Assembly (NCBI GenBank): GCA_963798915.1
Contig: CAWCVB010000005.1
Span: 441,291 to 505,290, forward strand
Direction of reading: 5' to 3'
Length of the DNA: 64,000 bases
Source: an uncultured Gemmatimonadales bacterium
GTDB lineage: Bacteria > Gemmatimonadota > Gemmatimonadetes > Gemmatimonadales > GWC2-71-9
Made by a program: the position numbers and the translations under genes. Positions 21,010-31,162 of the stretch are shown here, piece by piece. The notes under the pieces are model-generated. The model was not told the DNA's origin. It worked only from the letters and a program-made list of their open reading frames with translations, and made no database searches. Position 1 is the first letter of the stretch. Each line of letters opens with the position of its first letter.

Positions 21010-21760
21010 CAAAGATGGCGTCGAGGCCGACACCCTGAAGGCCGCCCGTGAGGCGCAGGAACAGCGCTTCCAGGCTTTCGTCGCCGGCAATGCTTTGCCG
21101 ACGAAGCTCGGTCATGGTGCCCTCGGCAATGAGTTGGCCGCGCTGGACGATGGCGATCCGGTCGCACATCCCCTCAGCCACCTCCAACGTGTGGGTGCTC
21201 ATCAGGATGGTGCCGCCCCGATCGACATAGGCCCGGAAGAGATCCTTCAGCGTCCTCGCGCTCTTCGGGTCCAGGCCGACCATCGGCTCATCAACGATGA
21301 TGACTTCAGGCCGATGCGCAAAGGCGCTGGAGATGATCAGCTTCTGACGCATCCCATGGCTGTAGCTCTCGGTCAGTTCATCCCGCCACGGCGTCAGCTC
21401 AAAAACTTCCAGCAGTTCATTCATCCTGCGTTCGACGCCGGCACCTTCCTGGCCGTACAGGGCGGCCACGAACCGGACGAACTCGGCCCCGGTCAGTTTC
21501 TCGTACACGTACGGGCGATCGGGGATGTAGCCGATCATCTGCTTGATGACCTGCGGCTTCTCCCAGGTCGGAACGCCGCCGATACGGATCTCGCCGGATG
21601 TTGGCCGGAGGATCTGGGCAATCATCCTCATGGTGGTCGTCTTGCCCGCGCCGTTGGGGCCAAGGAACCCGTACAGCGTGCCTCTTGGCACCTTGAGGGA
21701 CAAGTCATCGACGGCGGTAAAGTTGCCATAGTGCTTGACGAGGTGCTCGACTTCGATCAT
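21002..21760 (-). CDS. ABC transporter ATP-binding protein
   Basis: GPNGAGKTT, YSHGMRQK, VDEPMVGLD, H-loop. Confidence 0.95.
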   Translation of the reverse strand: MIEVEHLVKHYGNFTAVDDLSLKVPRGTLYGFLGPNGAGKTTTMRMIAQILRPTSGEIRIGGVPTWEKPQVIKQMIGYIPDRPYVYEKLTGAEFVRFVAALYGQEGAGVERRMNELLEVFELTPWRDELTESYSHGMRQKLIISSAFAHRPEVIIVDEPMVGLDPKSARTLKDLFRAYVDRGGTILMSTHTLEVAEGMCDRIAIVQRGQLIAEGTMTELRRQSIAGDESLEALFLRLTGGLQGVGLDAIFDE

Positions 21761-23091
21761 TGCGGGAGTCTCTCGAGGGAAGCCAGCAGGCCGCGGTACT
21801 GGATGGGACCGCCGCCACTCCTGGCGCGAACGATGTGAAGCGTCGAATCCGCCTGGACCCGCCCCGTGTTGAGGTCGGCCGCCAGCCAGTGCTCCAGGAA
21901 GACCTGCGGCAGCAGCACCGGTGACCATCCGGACGAGTCCCGCCGCGCGCCAAGGGTCAGGCGAGCCGGGATGTGGTGGTGACGGAGCGTCGCGATGAAG
22001 AGCCGAGCCCGGCCCAGCTCCGACCCGCGGCGGGACGCCAGTGTCGCGATGGCATCGTCATCCTGCCCATCGCCACCGATCCGGCGGGAAACCCAGCGGG
22101 CCAGGCCGCTGACGGAATCGGCCCGGCTGGTGGCGCCACGGAAGGCCCCCGCCGTCCTGGCGCTGATCGCCGGATCCTCGGCGGGAAAGTCCAGCGTCTC
22201 AGCCGTATCCTCGGCCATCAGCAGATCGGGAAGGGCAGGCGGAAAGCGATGAAGTTCCTCGGTGATGGTCGGCCGCGCGCCGTTCCGGAAATTGAGATGC
22301 GCGATCTCGAAGGCGGTCCGTTCGAGCAGTAGCCCGTTGGGCAGTTGAGCGCGGAGCGGGAATCCGGCCGGGTCGAGCCACAGCATGATCGGCGCGCTGC
22401 TGCCAAGTTCGACGAGCAGTCGGGCCTGAATGGTGTCAGTGAGGGCAGGAACCCACTGGCCGCTGGCCCGGTCAAGCCTGGCGCTGTCGACCACGATGAG
22501 CGGGCCCGTGGGCGGCACGGAGACGAACCTGGCACGATGGACCGCCCCGCTCAGCGGGTCCAGGAGGTCCAATGAAATCGTGTCGCGCGGCACCAGCAGC
22601 CCATACACCGAAATCCGGAGAGCTGCCGCAAGCACAGGCAGTGCCCGCGCATCAGCTATTCGTATGGAGCGCACCGTTCGGGTTCCAGTCCGAAGCTGAG
22701 CGCGAAAGACACCGTTGCTGTCCCGGCTTCCCTCCACGACGATGGATGGTGCAAGCCCGGTCGCACGGGCGGTCCAACCGCGCAGTGTCAGCGTCGGAGT
22801 CAGCGTCACCGTCTCGAGATAGCTCTCGATGCTGTCGCGGGTCCCGATGTCGAGCCGCTGTTCCACGCGTGCGCCATCCGCCAGCGTGTCGGCAGTGAAT
22901 GACGCAGTGCCCACCTGGATGCCACCGGCGTACACCGCGTAGAACCTGCTGCCTGGGGCAAGTCGGTTGGATGCTGTTATTCCGGGCTCGAATCCGCGGC
23001 CCGACTGCTGGCGCTTGATCAGCCAGCCGAGGCAGGCAAACCACGATGCCATGACCAGCACTCCGGCGACATGAAGCCGGCGCGGTCTCAT
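21757..23091 (-). CDS. Transglutaminase-like membrane protein with degenerate active site
   Basis: N-terminal TM; C-terminal RRGSE..ARLF.A.LR..IPARL..G.....PQVFL..W.A.D matches the TGase scaffold without catalytic Cys/His. Confidence 0.65.
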   Translation of the reverse strand: MRPRRLHVAGVLVMASWFACLGWLIKRQQSGRGFEPGITASNRLAPGSRFYAVYAGGIQVGTASFTADTLADGARVEQRLDIGTRDSIESYLETVTLTPTLTLRGWTARATGLAPSIVVEGSRDSNGVFRAQLRTGTRTVRSIRIADARALPVLAAALRISVYGLLVPRDTISLDLLDPLSGAVHRARFVSVPPTGPLIVVDSARLDRASGQWVPALTDTIQARLLVELGSSAPIMLWLDPAGFPLRAQLPNGLLLERTAFEIAHLNFRNGARPTITEELHRFPPALPDLLMAEDTAETLDFPAEDPAISARTAGAFRGATSRADSVSGLARWVSRRIGGDGQDDDAIATLASRRGSELGRARLFIATLRHHHIPARLTLGARRDSSGWSPVLLPQVFLEHWLAADLNTGRVQADSTLHIVRARSGGGPIQYRGLLASLERLPQ

Positions 23092-23582
23092 GGCCCGCCG
23101 CGGCCGATCGCCGCTTCGACGAGTTCCCGCTCGGCTTCCCGTTCCACGACAATCGTCAGCTCCGGCATCGGTCGTGGCCCTGCGCCGAGTGTCTCGACCA
23201 TGAGCGCCGCGGCCTCCTCGATGTCGAGCAGCCCGGGTCCGGTGCCGAGCGGCGCGCTGGCCAGCCGCTTCAGTCCCCACTCGCTGGCGCGTCGCCACGC
23301 CGAGGCAAGCGCACGGCGCAGGACCTCGGGCGTGATCGCCGAGTCCCGATCCTGGAGAATGACGTGCAACATGAATGGCGCTGACAGTTCGCCAGCCCTC
23401 GTAATGACAGCCGAGCCGGCATCCAGCGGCATCGCGGTGCGGCAGTCGGCGGCAAATGCGGGACCCGCCTGGCGGTCGAGTCGGACTCCGGCCGCCGTCA
23501 CCGGTTCCAGCCGATCGTTGGCAGCCCGGAGTATCGCGTCCGCTTCAATAAACGCGAGATCATCGACGACGCATCGAATCAC
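23088..23582 (-). CDS. Macro domain-like protein
   Basis: DDLAFIEADAILRAAN, GSAVITRAGEL.APFMLHV, PLGTG.G.L. Confidence 0.8.
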   Translation of the reverse strand: MIRCVVDDLAFIEADAILRAANDRLEPVTAAGVRLDRQAGPAFAADCRTAMPLDAGSAVITRAGELSAPFMLHVILQDRDSAITPEVLRRALASAWRRASEWGLKRLASAPLGTGPGLLDIEEAAALMVETLGAGPRPMPELTIVVEREAERELVEAAIGRGGP

Positions 23583-24256
23583 AGATCGAATCCCTGGGCT
23601 CGGCGATAGGCCTGGGCCGCTTCCTCGGGCCGGTTCAGCCGGTCCAGGACGCGGCCGTAAATGTGCCACGCACGGCGGTCGGCCGGATTGCGCTCTGTCG
23701 CCTTGGCCAATGCTTCGGCGGCGGCCGGCAGTTGGCTGGCGCGGTTCAGCGCATCACCCAGCGACACGTGAATGCCGGGACGGTCGGGCTGCAGCGCGAG
23801 GGCGCGCTGAAGCAGCTCGGCGGCCTCTTGCACCAGGCCGCGGTTCATGAGCACCACTCCCAGCTCATGCAATGCCGGCGCGTGTGCCGGATGCAGCCGC
23901 AGCACTCGGCGAAGGTCGGCCTCGGCCTCGGGATATTGTCGCAGGCGCCCTCGCAGCGCGCCCCGAACCACGAGGTACTCGGTCTGGTCAGGCGCCGCCT
24001 GGATCGCCTCATCCAGCGATCGAAGTGCCGCCTCGGGTTCTTCGGCCAGTTCCAGTGCCCGGGCATGGCCAATCCTGGCCTCCACGAACGTGGGCATCGC
24101 CGCAAGTGCCGCCGCGTAACGTGCGGAGGCATCGGCATAGCGGCCTTCACGCCACGCAGCTTCCGCCGCCTGGAAGGCGGCATCGGCGGCCCGCCGGACT
24201 TCGGCCTTCTGCTTGTCCGGCTCCTCAGGGGTGGCGGAGGGGCTGGGTTTGTCCAT
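23579..24256 (-). CDS. TPR repeat protein
   Basis: About five 34-aa TPR units (A..A..Y..AL...P). Confidence 0.85.
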   Translation of the reverse strand: MDKPSPSATPEEPDKQKAEVRRAADAAFQAAEAAWREGRYADASARYAAALAAMPTFVEARIGHARALELAEEPEAALRSLDEAIQAAPDQTEYLVVRGALRGRLRQYPEAEADLRRVLRLHPAHAPALHELGVVLMNRGLVQEAAELLQRALALQPDRPGIHVSLGDALNRASQLPAAAEALAKATERNPADRRAWHIYGRVLDRLNRPEEAAQAYRRAQGFDL

Positions 24257-24403
24257 GAAAAACTCCGGATGCCGGCAGCGCCGGCTGCTCAGGAATGTGC
24301 GGAACAGTAGAAAAAGCCGTGCCGCTGCGGAAGTTGGCCTCACGGCCGCCGGTCGCAAACCTCTCATTGAAGCAGGTCCGGCTTTCGGGTATCTTTCGGG
24401 GCT

Positions 24404-27280
24404 ATGGCTCAGGAATACCTTGTCGTCCGGGGAGCGCGCGAGCACAACCTCAAGGACATCTCGGTGTCCATCCCGAGGAATCGCCTCACCGTCATTACCG
24501 GCCTCTCCGGCTCAGGCAAGTCTTCGCTTGCCTTCGACACCATCTACGCCGAGGGGCAGCGACGCTACGTCGAGTCGCTGTCCGCGTACGCCCGGCAGTT
24601 TCTCGGGCTCATGGAAAAGCCTGACGTCGATGCCATCGAGGGGCTTTCGCCCGCCATCTCCATCGAGCAGAAGAGCACGGGCCAGAATCCGCGGTCCACC
24701 GTTGGCACCGTCACGGAGATCTACGACTACCTGCGGTTGCTCTGGGCTCGGACCGGCGTGCCTCACTGTCCCAATGACGGCAGCCCAGTGGCACGGCAGA
24801 GCGCGGCGCAGATTGTGGACGCCGTGTTGCAGCTGCCCGAAGGTACCCGTATTGAGGTTCTCGCACCGCTGGTGCGAGGAAGAAAAGGCGAGTTCCGGGA
24901 AATGCTCGAGGACGCGCGCCGGCGCGGCTTCGTCCGGGTGCGGGTAGACGGCGAGACCTACGACCTGGCCGACGTGCCCAAGCTGAATCGTCGCAAGAAC
25001 CACGAGATCGCGCTGGTCGTTGATCGGCTGGTGGCGCGGGCTGCCGACCGCTCGCGGCTGCATGACTCGATCGAGACGGCGCTGAAGGAGGCCGACGGCA
25101 TCGTCGAGGTGATTCGCCACGACGGGCAGGGCGGGCGTGGCGGGAAGGTGTCGTCGGTGTTGTACTCCGAGCGCCTGGCGTGTCCCGTGTGCGGGCTGTC
25201 CCTTCCCGAGCTCGAGCCGCGCCAGTTCTCGTTCAATTCCCCGTATGGCGTCTGCCCCGATTGCAACGGCCTCGGTACCCGCAAGGAAGTGACGCCGGGG
25301 CTCATCCTTGGCGATCCGAGCATTTCCATTCTCGAAGGAGTCGTACTGCCCTGGGGCGAGCCCGGGGGGTATCTCCGCAAGGTCGTGATTCCCACTCTTG
25401 CCCGCACCATCGGGTTCGACCCGGCTGCTCCCTGGGGCGATTTGCCACCGGCCGCGCAGGACGCCCTGCTGCACGGAACCGAAGGCAAGATCCGGTTTGC
25501 TGCCGACGGCGCCAAGGGAAAGACTGCCTACGAGGCAGAATGGGAGGGCATCCTCCGGAACGTCGAGCGGCGCTACCGCGAGTCGACCAGCGACGCGGTG
25601 CGCACCTCGCTCGACCAGTACATGGTCGAGATGCCGTGCAGCACCTGCGGCGGCCACCGGCTCAAGCCCGAGTCGCTCTCGGTGCTGGTGCAGGGCCGCA
25701 GCATCGGCGAAGTCATTGATCTTCCGGTGGACCGCGCGCTCGAATTCGTCTCATCGTTGCCGCTGCGCAGTGGCGAGAACGTGATCGGGCTGGATGCCGA
25801 CGTGGCCGGCCCCATCCTCAAGGAGGTCGCCGACCGTCTGCGCTTCCTGGCCGACGTCGGTCTCGGCTACCTCACCTTGGGGCGTGGCGCCGGCTCGCTC
25901 TCCGGTGGCGAGATGCAGCGCATCCGCCTCGCCACCCAGATTGGGTCGCGACTGGTCGGGGTGCTCTACATCCTGGACGAGCCGAGCATCGGGCTTCACC
26001 AACGAGACAACGAGCGTCTGCTGGATACCCTGCGCGGCCTGCGCGACCTGGGCAACACCGTCATCGTCGTGGAGCACGACGAAGACACCATTCGTGCGGC
26101 CGACCATGTGCTGGATCTCGGCCCCCGTGCGGGGCGGCTGGGTGGCGAAGTCGTGGCTGAGGGCACGCCGGACGAAGTGACAGCGGCACCGGATTCGCTC
26201 ACCGGCCGCTACCTGCGCGGCGAGCTCAGGGTCAACGTGCCGGAGCGGCGCCGGTCCGCCAACGGGCGGGCCATCACCGTCGTCGGCGCGTCTGCCAACA
26301 ATCTCAAAGATCTGGACGTGCGCTTCCCGCTCGGCGTATTCACCGCCGTCACCGGAGTTTCCGGTTCAGGCAAGTCCACGCTCGTCACTGACATTCTCTA
26401 CCAGTCACTGGCACGGCATTTCTATCGGGCGCGGGTTCTTCCGGGGGCGCACCAGCGGATCGATGGATTGGAGCAACTGGACAAGGTCATTGATATTGAC
26501 CAAAGCCCCATCGGTCGGACGCCACGCTCAAACCCGGCAACGTACACCGGGCTGTTCACCCCGATTCGCGAGCTGTTCACCCAGTTGCCCGAGGCCAAGC
26601 TGCGCGGTTATGGCCCGGGTCGGTTCTCATTCAATGTGAAGGGCGGGCGCTGCGAGGCCTGTCAGGGTGACGGGCTGGTCAAGATCGAGATGCATTTCCT
26701 GCCTGACGTTTACGTTCCCTGCGAAGTCTGCAAGGGTCGGCGGTATAACCGCGAGACGCTCGAGGTGCGCTACAAGGGGCGCAGCATCGCTGATGTGCTC
26801 GACCTCACGGTGGCAGACGCGCTGGACTTCTTCGCGAACCAGCGGCGGATCGCCGACCGGCTGGAGCTTCTCAATGACGTCGGCCTGGGGTACATCCATC
26901 TCGGTCAGCCGGCCACGACACTCTCCGGCGGCGAGGCGCAGCGGGTCAAGCTGGCGGCGGAACTCGCCAAGCGCGACACCGGGCGCACGCTCTACATCCT
27001 CGACGAGCCGACCACCGGTCTCCACTTCGAGGACGTGCGGCTTCTGCTCGAGGTCCTGCATCGTCTGGTCGACAAGGGAAACTCGGTCGTTGTCATCGAA
27101 CACAACCTGGACGTAATCAAGACGGCCGACTGGATCATCGACCTTGGGCCGGAGGGCGGTGAGCACGGGGGACGCGTCCTGGCGGAGGGTACGCCGGAGC
27201 AGGTGGCGCAGACCACCGGAAGCTTTACGGGGCAATACCTCCGGAGAGCGCTGCAGGGACGACCCGCCGCCTCGCGCTAG
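24404..27280 (+). CDS. uvrA: Excinuclease ABC subunit A
   Basis: [16 protein letters not shown], second Walker A GVSGSGKS, zinc fingers, two LSGGE.QR signatures. Confidence 0.99.
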   Translation: MAQEYLVVRGAREHNLKDISVSIPRNRLTVITGLSGSGKSSLAFDTIYAEGQRRYVESLSAYARQFLGLMEKPDVDAIEGLSPAISIEQKSTGQNPRSTVGTVTEIYDYLRLLWARTGVPHCPNDGSPVARQSAAQIVDAVLQLPEGTRIEVLAPLVRGRKGEFREMLEDARRRGFVRVRVDGETYDLADVPKLNRRKNHEIALVVDRLVARAADRSRLHDSIETALKEADGIVEVIRHDGQGGRGGKVSSVLYSERLACPVCGLSLPELEPRQFSFNSPYGVCPDCNGLGTRKEVTPGLILGDPSISILEGVVLPWGEPGGYLRKVVIPTLARTIGFDPAAPWGDLPPAAQDALLHGTEGKIRFAADGAKGKTAYEAEWEGILRNVERRYRESTSDAVRTSLDQYMVEMPCSTCGGHRLKPESLSVLVQGRSIGEVIDLPVDRALEFVSSLPLRSGENVIGLDADVAGPILKEVADRLRFLADVGLGYLTLGRGAGSLSGGEMQRIRLATQIGSRLVGVLYILDEPSIGLHQRDNERLLDTLRGLRDLGNTVIVVEHDEDTIRAADHVLDLGPRAGRLGGEVVAEGTPDEVTAAPDSLTGRYLRGELRVNVPERRRSANGRAITVVGASANNLKDLDVRFPLGVFTAVTGVSGSGKSTLVTDILYQSLARHFYRARVLPGAHQRIDGLEQLDKVIDIDQSPIGRTPRSNPATYTGLFTPIRELFTQLPEAKLRGYGPGRFSFNVKGGRCEACQGDGLVKIEMHFLPDVYVPCEVCKGRRYNRETLEVRYKGRSIADVLDLTVADALDFFANQRRIADRLELLNDVGLGYIHLGQPATTLSGGEAQRVKLAAELAKRDTGRTLYILDEPTTGLHFEDVRLLLEVLHRLVDKGNSVVVIEHNLDVIKTADWIIDLGPEGGEHGGRVLAEGTPEQVAQTTGSFTGQYLRRALQGRPAASR

Positions 27281-27350
27281 GATCGGAGCACGTCCGTCGC
27301 CCCACTAGCCAGCTACTTGCCGCCGACTAGCTTCAGGCGGAGGAGGCTGC

Positions 27351-27584
27351 ATGCGCGAGGCCCATACCCACAGATACACCAATGGAGACCTTACGGTCCT
27401 TTGGCAGCCTGCGCTCTGCCAGCACTCCGGCGCATGCGCTCGCGGCCTGTTGGCCGTCTTTGATCCCCGACGGCGGCCATGGATCGACATGACGGCTGCC
27501 CCAACCGACCAGATCGAGGCCCAGGTACGTCGCTGCCCGAGCGGAGCGCTGAGTTGCGCGCGAGTTGAGCGTCGGCCGTCGTAG
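27351..27584 (+). CDS. Divergent 4Fe-4S mono-cluster protein (YjdI-like)
   Basis: W....CQHSG.C.RGL..VF.P.RRPWI.......V..CPSGALS. Confidence 0.85.
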   Translation: MREAHTHRYTNGDLTVLWQPALCQHSGACARGLLAVFDPRRRPWIDMTAAPTDQIEAQVRRCPSGALSCARVERRPS

Positions 27585-27647
27585 CGCTCAGCGCTCGGCC
27601 CGCACTTCCTGGCTCTGAATCTTCCATACCATCCGAGGAGACATCCC

Positions 27648-27863
27648 ATGCGCTACGATGATATTCTCTCCTTGCTCGGCTATGCTGGCGACCACGACCA
27701 GCGGGTCAGGATCGTGACCTCCGAACACACCGAAGTGGTCGGCATTCCCACCAGTCTGGATACGGACGTTACGGCCCACGAGGTCTACCTGCGGCCCGAA
27801 GAGTCGGACGAGACGGAGATTGCGGTTTCGCTGGGCGCCATCGCCTCGGTTGAGCTGGTTTGA
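27648..27863 (+). CDS. Small hypothetical protein (possible Sm-like fold)
   Basis: RBS GAGGAG; helix followed by several short beta strands, acidic. Confidence 0.6.
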   Translation: MRYDDILSLLGYAGDHDQRVRIVTSEHTEVVGIPTSLDTDVTAHEVYLRPEESDETEIAVSLGAIASVELV

Positions 27864-27877
27864 CTCCTGGCCGTGAC

Positions 27878-27903
27878 GAAACAAACTGAAACATCAGGAC
27901 GTA
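27878..27903 (+). promoter_or_regulatory. Candidate ECF-sigma promoter (GAAAC-N17-CGTA)
   Basis: gaaac aaactgaaacatcagga cgta, 57 nt before the array; resembles the SigW-type TGAAAC-N16/17-CGTA consensus. Confidence 0.45.
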
Positions 27904-27960
27904 GGGCTGCGCGTTGCCCGGTCTGACCGCCGGCGAAGGCCCGCTCGAGGAGGCGATGGA

Positions 27961-28218
27961 GTGGAAGGCATACTGGCTATCATCTTCATCTTCGGCGTGC
28001 CAGGAGTGATCGCGCTGTCCTTTACCCCCATCGGGAAGGCCCTGACGGAGCGGATCCGCCACGGCGTTCAGCCCCGGCTGGTCGAGTCAGAACCGGCGAT
28101 GTATGACGAATTAGACGCCTTGCGCCGCGAGGTCGGGGAGCTGGCCGAACGAGTAGATTTTACGGAGCGATTGTTGGCCAAGCAGAATGAGCCCCGCCTG
28201 GTGGAGGGCGGCGAATGA
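27961..28218 (+). CDS. Small membrane coiled-coil protein, array member 1
   Basis: One TM, PIGKALTERI, ELAERVDFTERLL; RBS GAGGAGG. Confidence 0.85.
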   Translation: MEGILAIIFIFGVPGVIALSFTPIGKALTERIRHGVQPRLVESEPAMYDELDALRREVGELAERVDFTERLLAKQNEPRLVEGGE

Positions 28219-28535
28219 TGCAGACCGCACCCGTCCTGGCCGGAGATGGCATCCGTCTTGAGCCCTTCATCGTCGGCATCGTCATTGTGATCGCCATTAT
28301 CGGTGGCGTCCAGCTGCTGCTGCCGTTGGTGCGGGCGCTTGCGCGCCGATTGGACGGGGGCGGCGAATCGGCACAACTTCATGACGAACTCGAGATGTTG
28401 CGGGCCAGGGTCCTCGATTTCGAGCCGATGACTCAACGGGTGGCCGAGCTGGAAGAACGCCTTGACTTCACGGAACGCATGCTTGCTGCCAGCGCCCAGC
28501 CCGCCCCCCGGCCTGTCTCGCCGCAGGAGCCCTGA
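28215..28535 (+). CDS. Array member 2
   Basis: One TM, PLVRALARRL, ELEERLDFTERML; ATGA overlap. Confidence 0.85.
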   Translation: MMQTAPVLAGDGIRLEPFIVGIVIVIAIIGGVQLLLPLVRALARRLDGGGESAQLHDELEMLRARVLDFEPMTQRVAELEERLDFTERMLAASAQPAPRPVSPQEP

Positions 28536-28538
28536 CCG

Positions 28539-28589
28539 GTGGAAGACGTCATCAAGGTGTTGCTGCTCATCCTCGGTGGGAGGGGGTAA
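28539..28589 (+). pseudogene. 16-codon mini-ORF MEDVIKVLLLILGGRG, remnant of an array member
   Basis: GTG with AGGAG 9 nt upstream; resembles the N-terminus of member 1; fills the gap between members 2 and 3. Confidence 0.45.
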
Positions 28590-28592
28590 CTC

Positions 28593-28949
28593 ATGAGGCG
28601 GGAAAAGCAGGAATGGATCGGTGCCGCCTTTGTCGGAATCGGGTTGGGGGCGATGGCACTGTTTGGCGCGCTCGCTGCGGCGTCCGCCGTGCTGGGTCCG
28701 ATCTCCGTGCCGATCTGGGCCATCGCCGCATTCATGGTGATGGGTATTGTGAGGTCGCCTGTCGGGAAGGCATTTGCGGAGCGCCTCGCGGGCCGCACCA
28801 CTGACTCCGACGACCCGGATCTGCCCGCGCTCTACGCCGAACTTGACGAGTTGCGGGCCCGCCTGAGCGAGATGGAAGAACGCCAGGATTTTGCCGAGCG
28901 GTTGCTGGCGCAGCCACCGCAGGCGGGAATTCACGGGGAAGCGAGCTGA
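28593..28949 (+). CDS. Array member 3
   Basis: Two hydrophobic segments, PVGKAFAERL, EMEERQDFAERLL. Confidence 0.85.
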   Translation: MRREKQEWIGAAFVGIGLGAMALFGALAAASAVLGPISVPIWAIAAFMVMGIVRSPVGKAFAERLAGRTTDSDDPDLPALYAELDELRARLSEMEERQDFAERLLAQPPQAGIHGEAS

Positions 28950-28952
28950 CTC

Positions 28953-29270
28953 ATGATGCTTCAGGGAACTCAGTCGGGCGAGTTTGGCATGGCGCTGGCG
29001 CTTGGCGCCGTTGCGATCTGCCTGATCTTTGTGGTGCTGCGGCCGCTGATGGCGGCGCTGATGCATCGGATTGCCCGCCATGATGATGAGTCGTTGCTCG
29101 AGCTCGAGGCCCGGGTGGCGCGCTTGGAGGAGGGCGGGATGATGGGAGCGCTTCCCTCACAGACGGAGCAGAGGGTGGCTGAGCTGGAAGAACGCCTCGA
29201 TTTTGCCGAGCGATTGCTGGCGCAGCCACGGACGCCCGGTTCGCATGGCGCCGAGGGAGTGATCCGATGA
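28953..29270 (+). CDS. Array member 4
   Basis: One TM, PLMAALMHRI, ELEERLDFAERLL. Confidence 0.85.
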   Translation: MMLQGTQSGEFGMALALGAVAICLIFVVLRPLMAALMHRIARHDDESLLELEARVARLEEGGMMGALPSQTEQRVAELEERLDFAERLLAQPRTPGSHGAEGVIR

Positions 29271-29596
29271 TGATCCAGGTTCCGGCGCCACCGGCGCCTC
29301 CTGACATCCCCAGCTTTCTGGTCCAGACGGGCGGTCCTCCGGCCTGGGCGTTTGTCATCCCGATCGTTGCGATCCTGGTCGCGGGGATCGTGTTCTTCCC
29401 CTTGATGCGTGCGCTGGCACGACGGATAGAAGGGAAGATCAGCGGCGGTGTGCAGGATGAGCTGGAGGATCTCCGGTCACGGATCATGACCTTGGAGGAA
29501 CAGGCGATGCGCGTGCCGGAGCTGGAAGAGCGGGTGGACTTCGCGGAGCGACTCCTGGCCAGCACCCGCACGGCCGACCGGTTAACGGAGGGATGA
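29267..29596 (+). CDS. Array member 5
   Basis: Pro-rich N-terminus, one TM, PLMRALARRI, ELEERVDFAERLL. Confidence 0.85.
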   Translation: MMIQVPAPPAPPDIPSFLVQTGGPPAWAFVIPIVAILVAGIVFFPLMRALARRIEGKISGGVQDELEDLRSRIMTLEEQAMRVPELEERVDFAERLLASTRTADRLTEG

Positions 29597-29599
29597 GTC

Positions 29600-29974
29600 A
29601 TGGCGGATGACCAGGATCGCGGCGCTTTCACCATGCTCTGGATCGTCTCGGTACTGCTCTCCATCGGCATGGGGTTCATGTGCCTGGTCGCTCTGAGCGA
29701 AAATCAGGAAGTCGCGGCGCTGTTCGGGTTGGGCGGTTTTGGTGTTGGCGGCTTGCTCGCTACCACCTACCAGCTCACACGCAACCGGCGTCGTTCGCGG
29801 CCATCGGACGAGGCCCTCGAGCCACTGGTGGAGCGACTGCAGATGCTCGAGCAGGACCAGCTACGGATGGCCGAACTTGAAGAGCGGGTAGATTTCGCCG
29901 AACGGATGCTGGCCAAAGCCGAGGAGCATCAGCCCGCGGTGCGCTCAGGCGAGCGGGAACCACCCCTCACATGA
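29600..29974 (+). CDS. Array member 6
   Basis: Two hydrophobic segments, ELEERVDFAERML. Confidence 0.85.
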   Translation: MADDQDRGAFTMLWIVSVLLSIGMGFMCLVALSENQEVAALFGLGGFGVGGLLATTYQLTRNRRRSRPSDEALEPLVERLQMLEQDQLRMAELEERVDFAERMLAKAEEHQPAVRSGEREPPLT

Positions 29975-30336
29975 GCTGGCGCAGGACTTTCGGGCTTGAC
30001 CCGATTGAGTTCATCATCTTCTGGCTGCTGGCCTTCGGGTTGGGCGTGGGCCTGGCCGACCTCAGCCACGAGGACGGATTCATTCCTCTCGCGCTCTCGG
30101 TGGCGGCGGGGCTCTATGTGTTCGTCCGGCGCCGAGCACTCGGGCGGCTGGGGCGGGAAGGGCAGGCCGGTGATGACCTGGCGGAATTGCGCGACGACCA
30201 GCGCGCCGCCACCGACTACTTTGAGCGCCGGATCACGGAGATCGAGGAGCGCCTGGACTTCACGGAGCGGATGCTGGCGCGGGCTCAGGATGAGATGCCG
30301 CTGCTGGAGCCCCGGCGGGGCGGGCAGGGCTCGTGA
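29971..30336 (+). CDS. Array member 7
   Basis: MSWRRTFGLDPIEF, two TM, EIEERLDFTERML. Confidence 0.85.
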   Translation: MSWRRTFGLDPIEFIIFWLLAFGLGVGLADLSHEDGFIPLALSVAAGLYVFVRRRALGRLGREGQAGDDLAELRDDQRAATDYFERRITEIEERLDFTERMLARAQDEMPLLEPRRGGQGS

Positions 30337-30722
30337 GCTGGCGGGGTGTTTTCGGGCTCGACGGAGTCGAGTTCGTGCTCTTCTGGGCTGGCTCCATCGT
30401 TACGGCGATCCTCGTCGGGGTGGCCTCGGAGGAGCCGGCAGCAGCGATGTCAATGCTGGTACTGGCCGCGTTCGTGTACGCGGTGCTGCGACGGCGGGCG
30501 CTCCGCGGCCTGCCGGCGCAGGACGGGGGCAAGCTGGAGGAACTGGTGGCCCAGCTGCAGGACGAACAGTCGGCCGCATCCGAGTTCTTCGAGCGACGCA
30601 TTGCCGAGCTGGAGGAGCGGGTGGACTTTGCTGAGCGCATGCTGGCGCGAGGGCAGGAAGAACGGCTGGAAGCTGGCCGTCAGTCATCGGTCATCAGTCG
30701 ACCGTTGACTGACGACCCTTGA
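30333..30722 (+). CDS. Array member 8
   Basis: MSWRGVFGLDGVEF, two TM, ELEERVDFAERML; GTGA overlap. Confidence 0.85.
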   Translation: MSWRGVFGLDGVEFVLFWAGSIVTAILVGVASEEPAAAMSMLVLAAFVYAVLRRRALRGLPAQDGGKLEELVAQLQDEQSAASEFFERRIAELEERVDFAERMLARGQEERLEAGRQSSVISRPLTDDP

Positions 30723-30757
30723 CCGGCACGAGCGACGACTTACTCACGGAGCACCAC

Positions 30758-31153
30758 ATGGTCACACGGGAAGATATTCAGTCCTGGCTGGACCGGCTGG
30801 ATGGAGGCGGGCTCCAGATCGAAGAGCCGGAGTCCAATCTCTGGATTGCCACGACGCCGGACGGCGGCGAGATCGTATGTAACTATGCCCCTCCGGTCAT
30901 GATTCTCCGGGTGCGGGTCATGGAAGCTCCGCGGGACGATACCCGCCGGGCCGAGCTCTTTCGGGAGCTCCTGACCTTGAACGCCCACGAGCTGGTCCAT
31001 GGCTCGTACGGGCTGGAGGGTGACCATATCGTGCTGACGGACACCCTCGAGCTCGAGGACCTGGATTATTCCGAATTCGAAGCCAGCTTCGATTCCATGA
31101 CCCTTGCCCTGGCGTCGCACATGTCTGCGCTGGCGCCCTACCGAGACAGGTGA
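30758..31153 (+). CDS. CesT/YbjN-like (type III chaperone fold) protein
   Basis: Acidic, 131 aa; LFRELLTLNA.ELVHGSYGL....IVL..TL.LE.LD..EF pattern. Confidence 0.75.
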   Translation: MVTREDIQSWLDRLDGGGLQIEEPESNLWIATTPDGGEIVCNYAPPVMILRVRVMEAPRDDTRRAELFRELLTLNAHELVHGSYGLEGDHIVLTDTLELEDLDYSEFEASFDSMTLALASHMSALAPYRDR

Positions 31154-31162
31154 GAGACGACG

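Noticed and set aside
19288..21760. ABC pair as ccmA/ccmB
   Set aside because: The permease is about 570 aa with a different motif set (CcmB is about 220 aa), and the pair belongs to the TPR-macro-TGase operon.
27961..30722. Array as CRISPR, integron cassettes or a collapsed assembly repeat
   Set aside because: Similarity is confined to a protein motif with divergent codons; genes overlap with no room for attC sites and no integrase is present.
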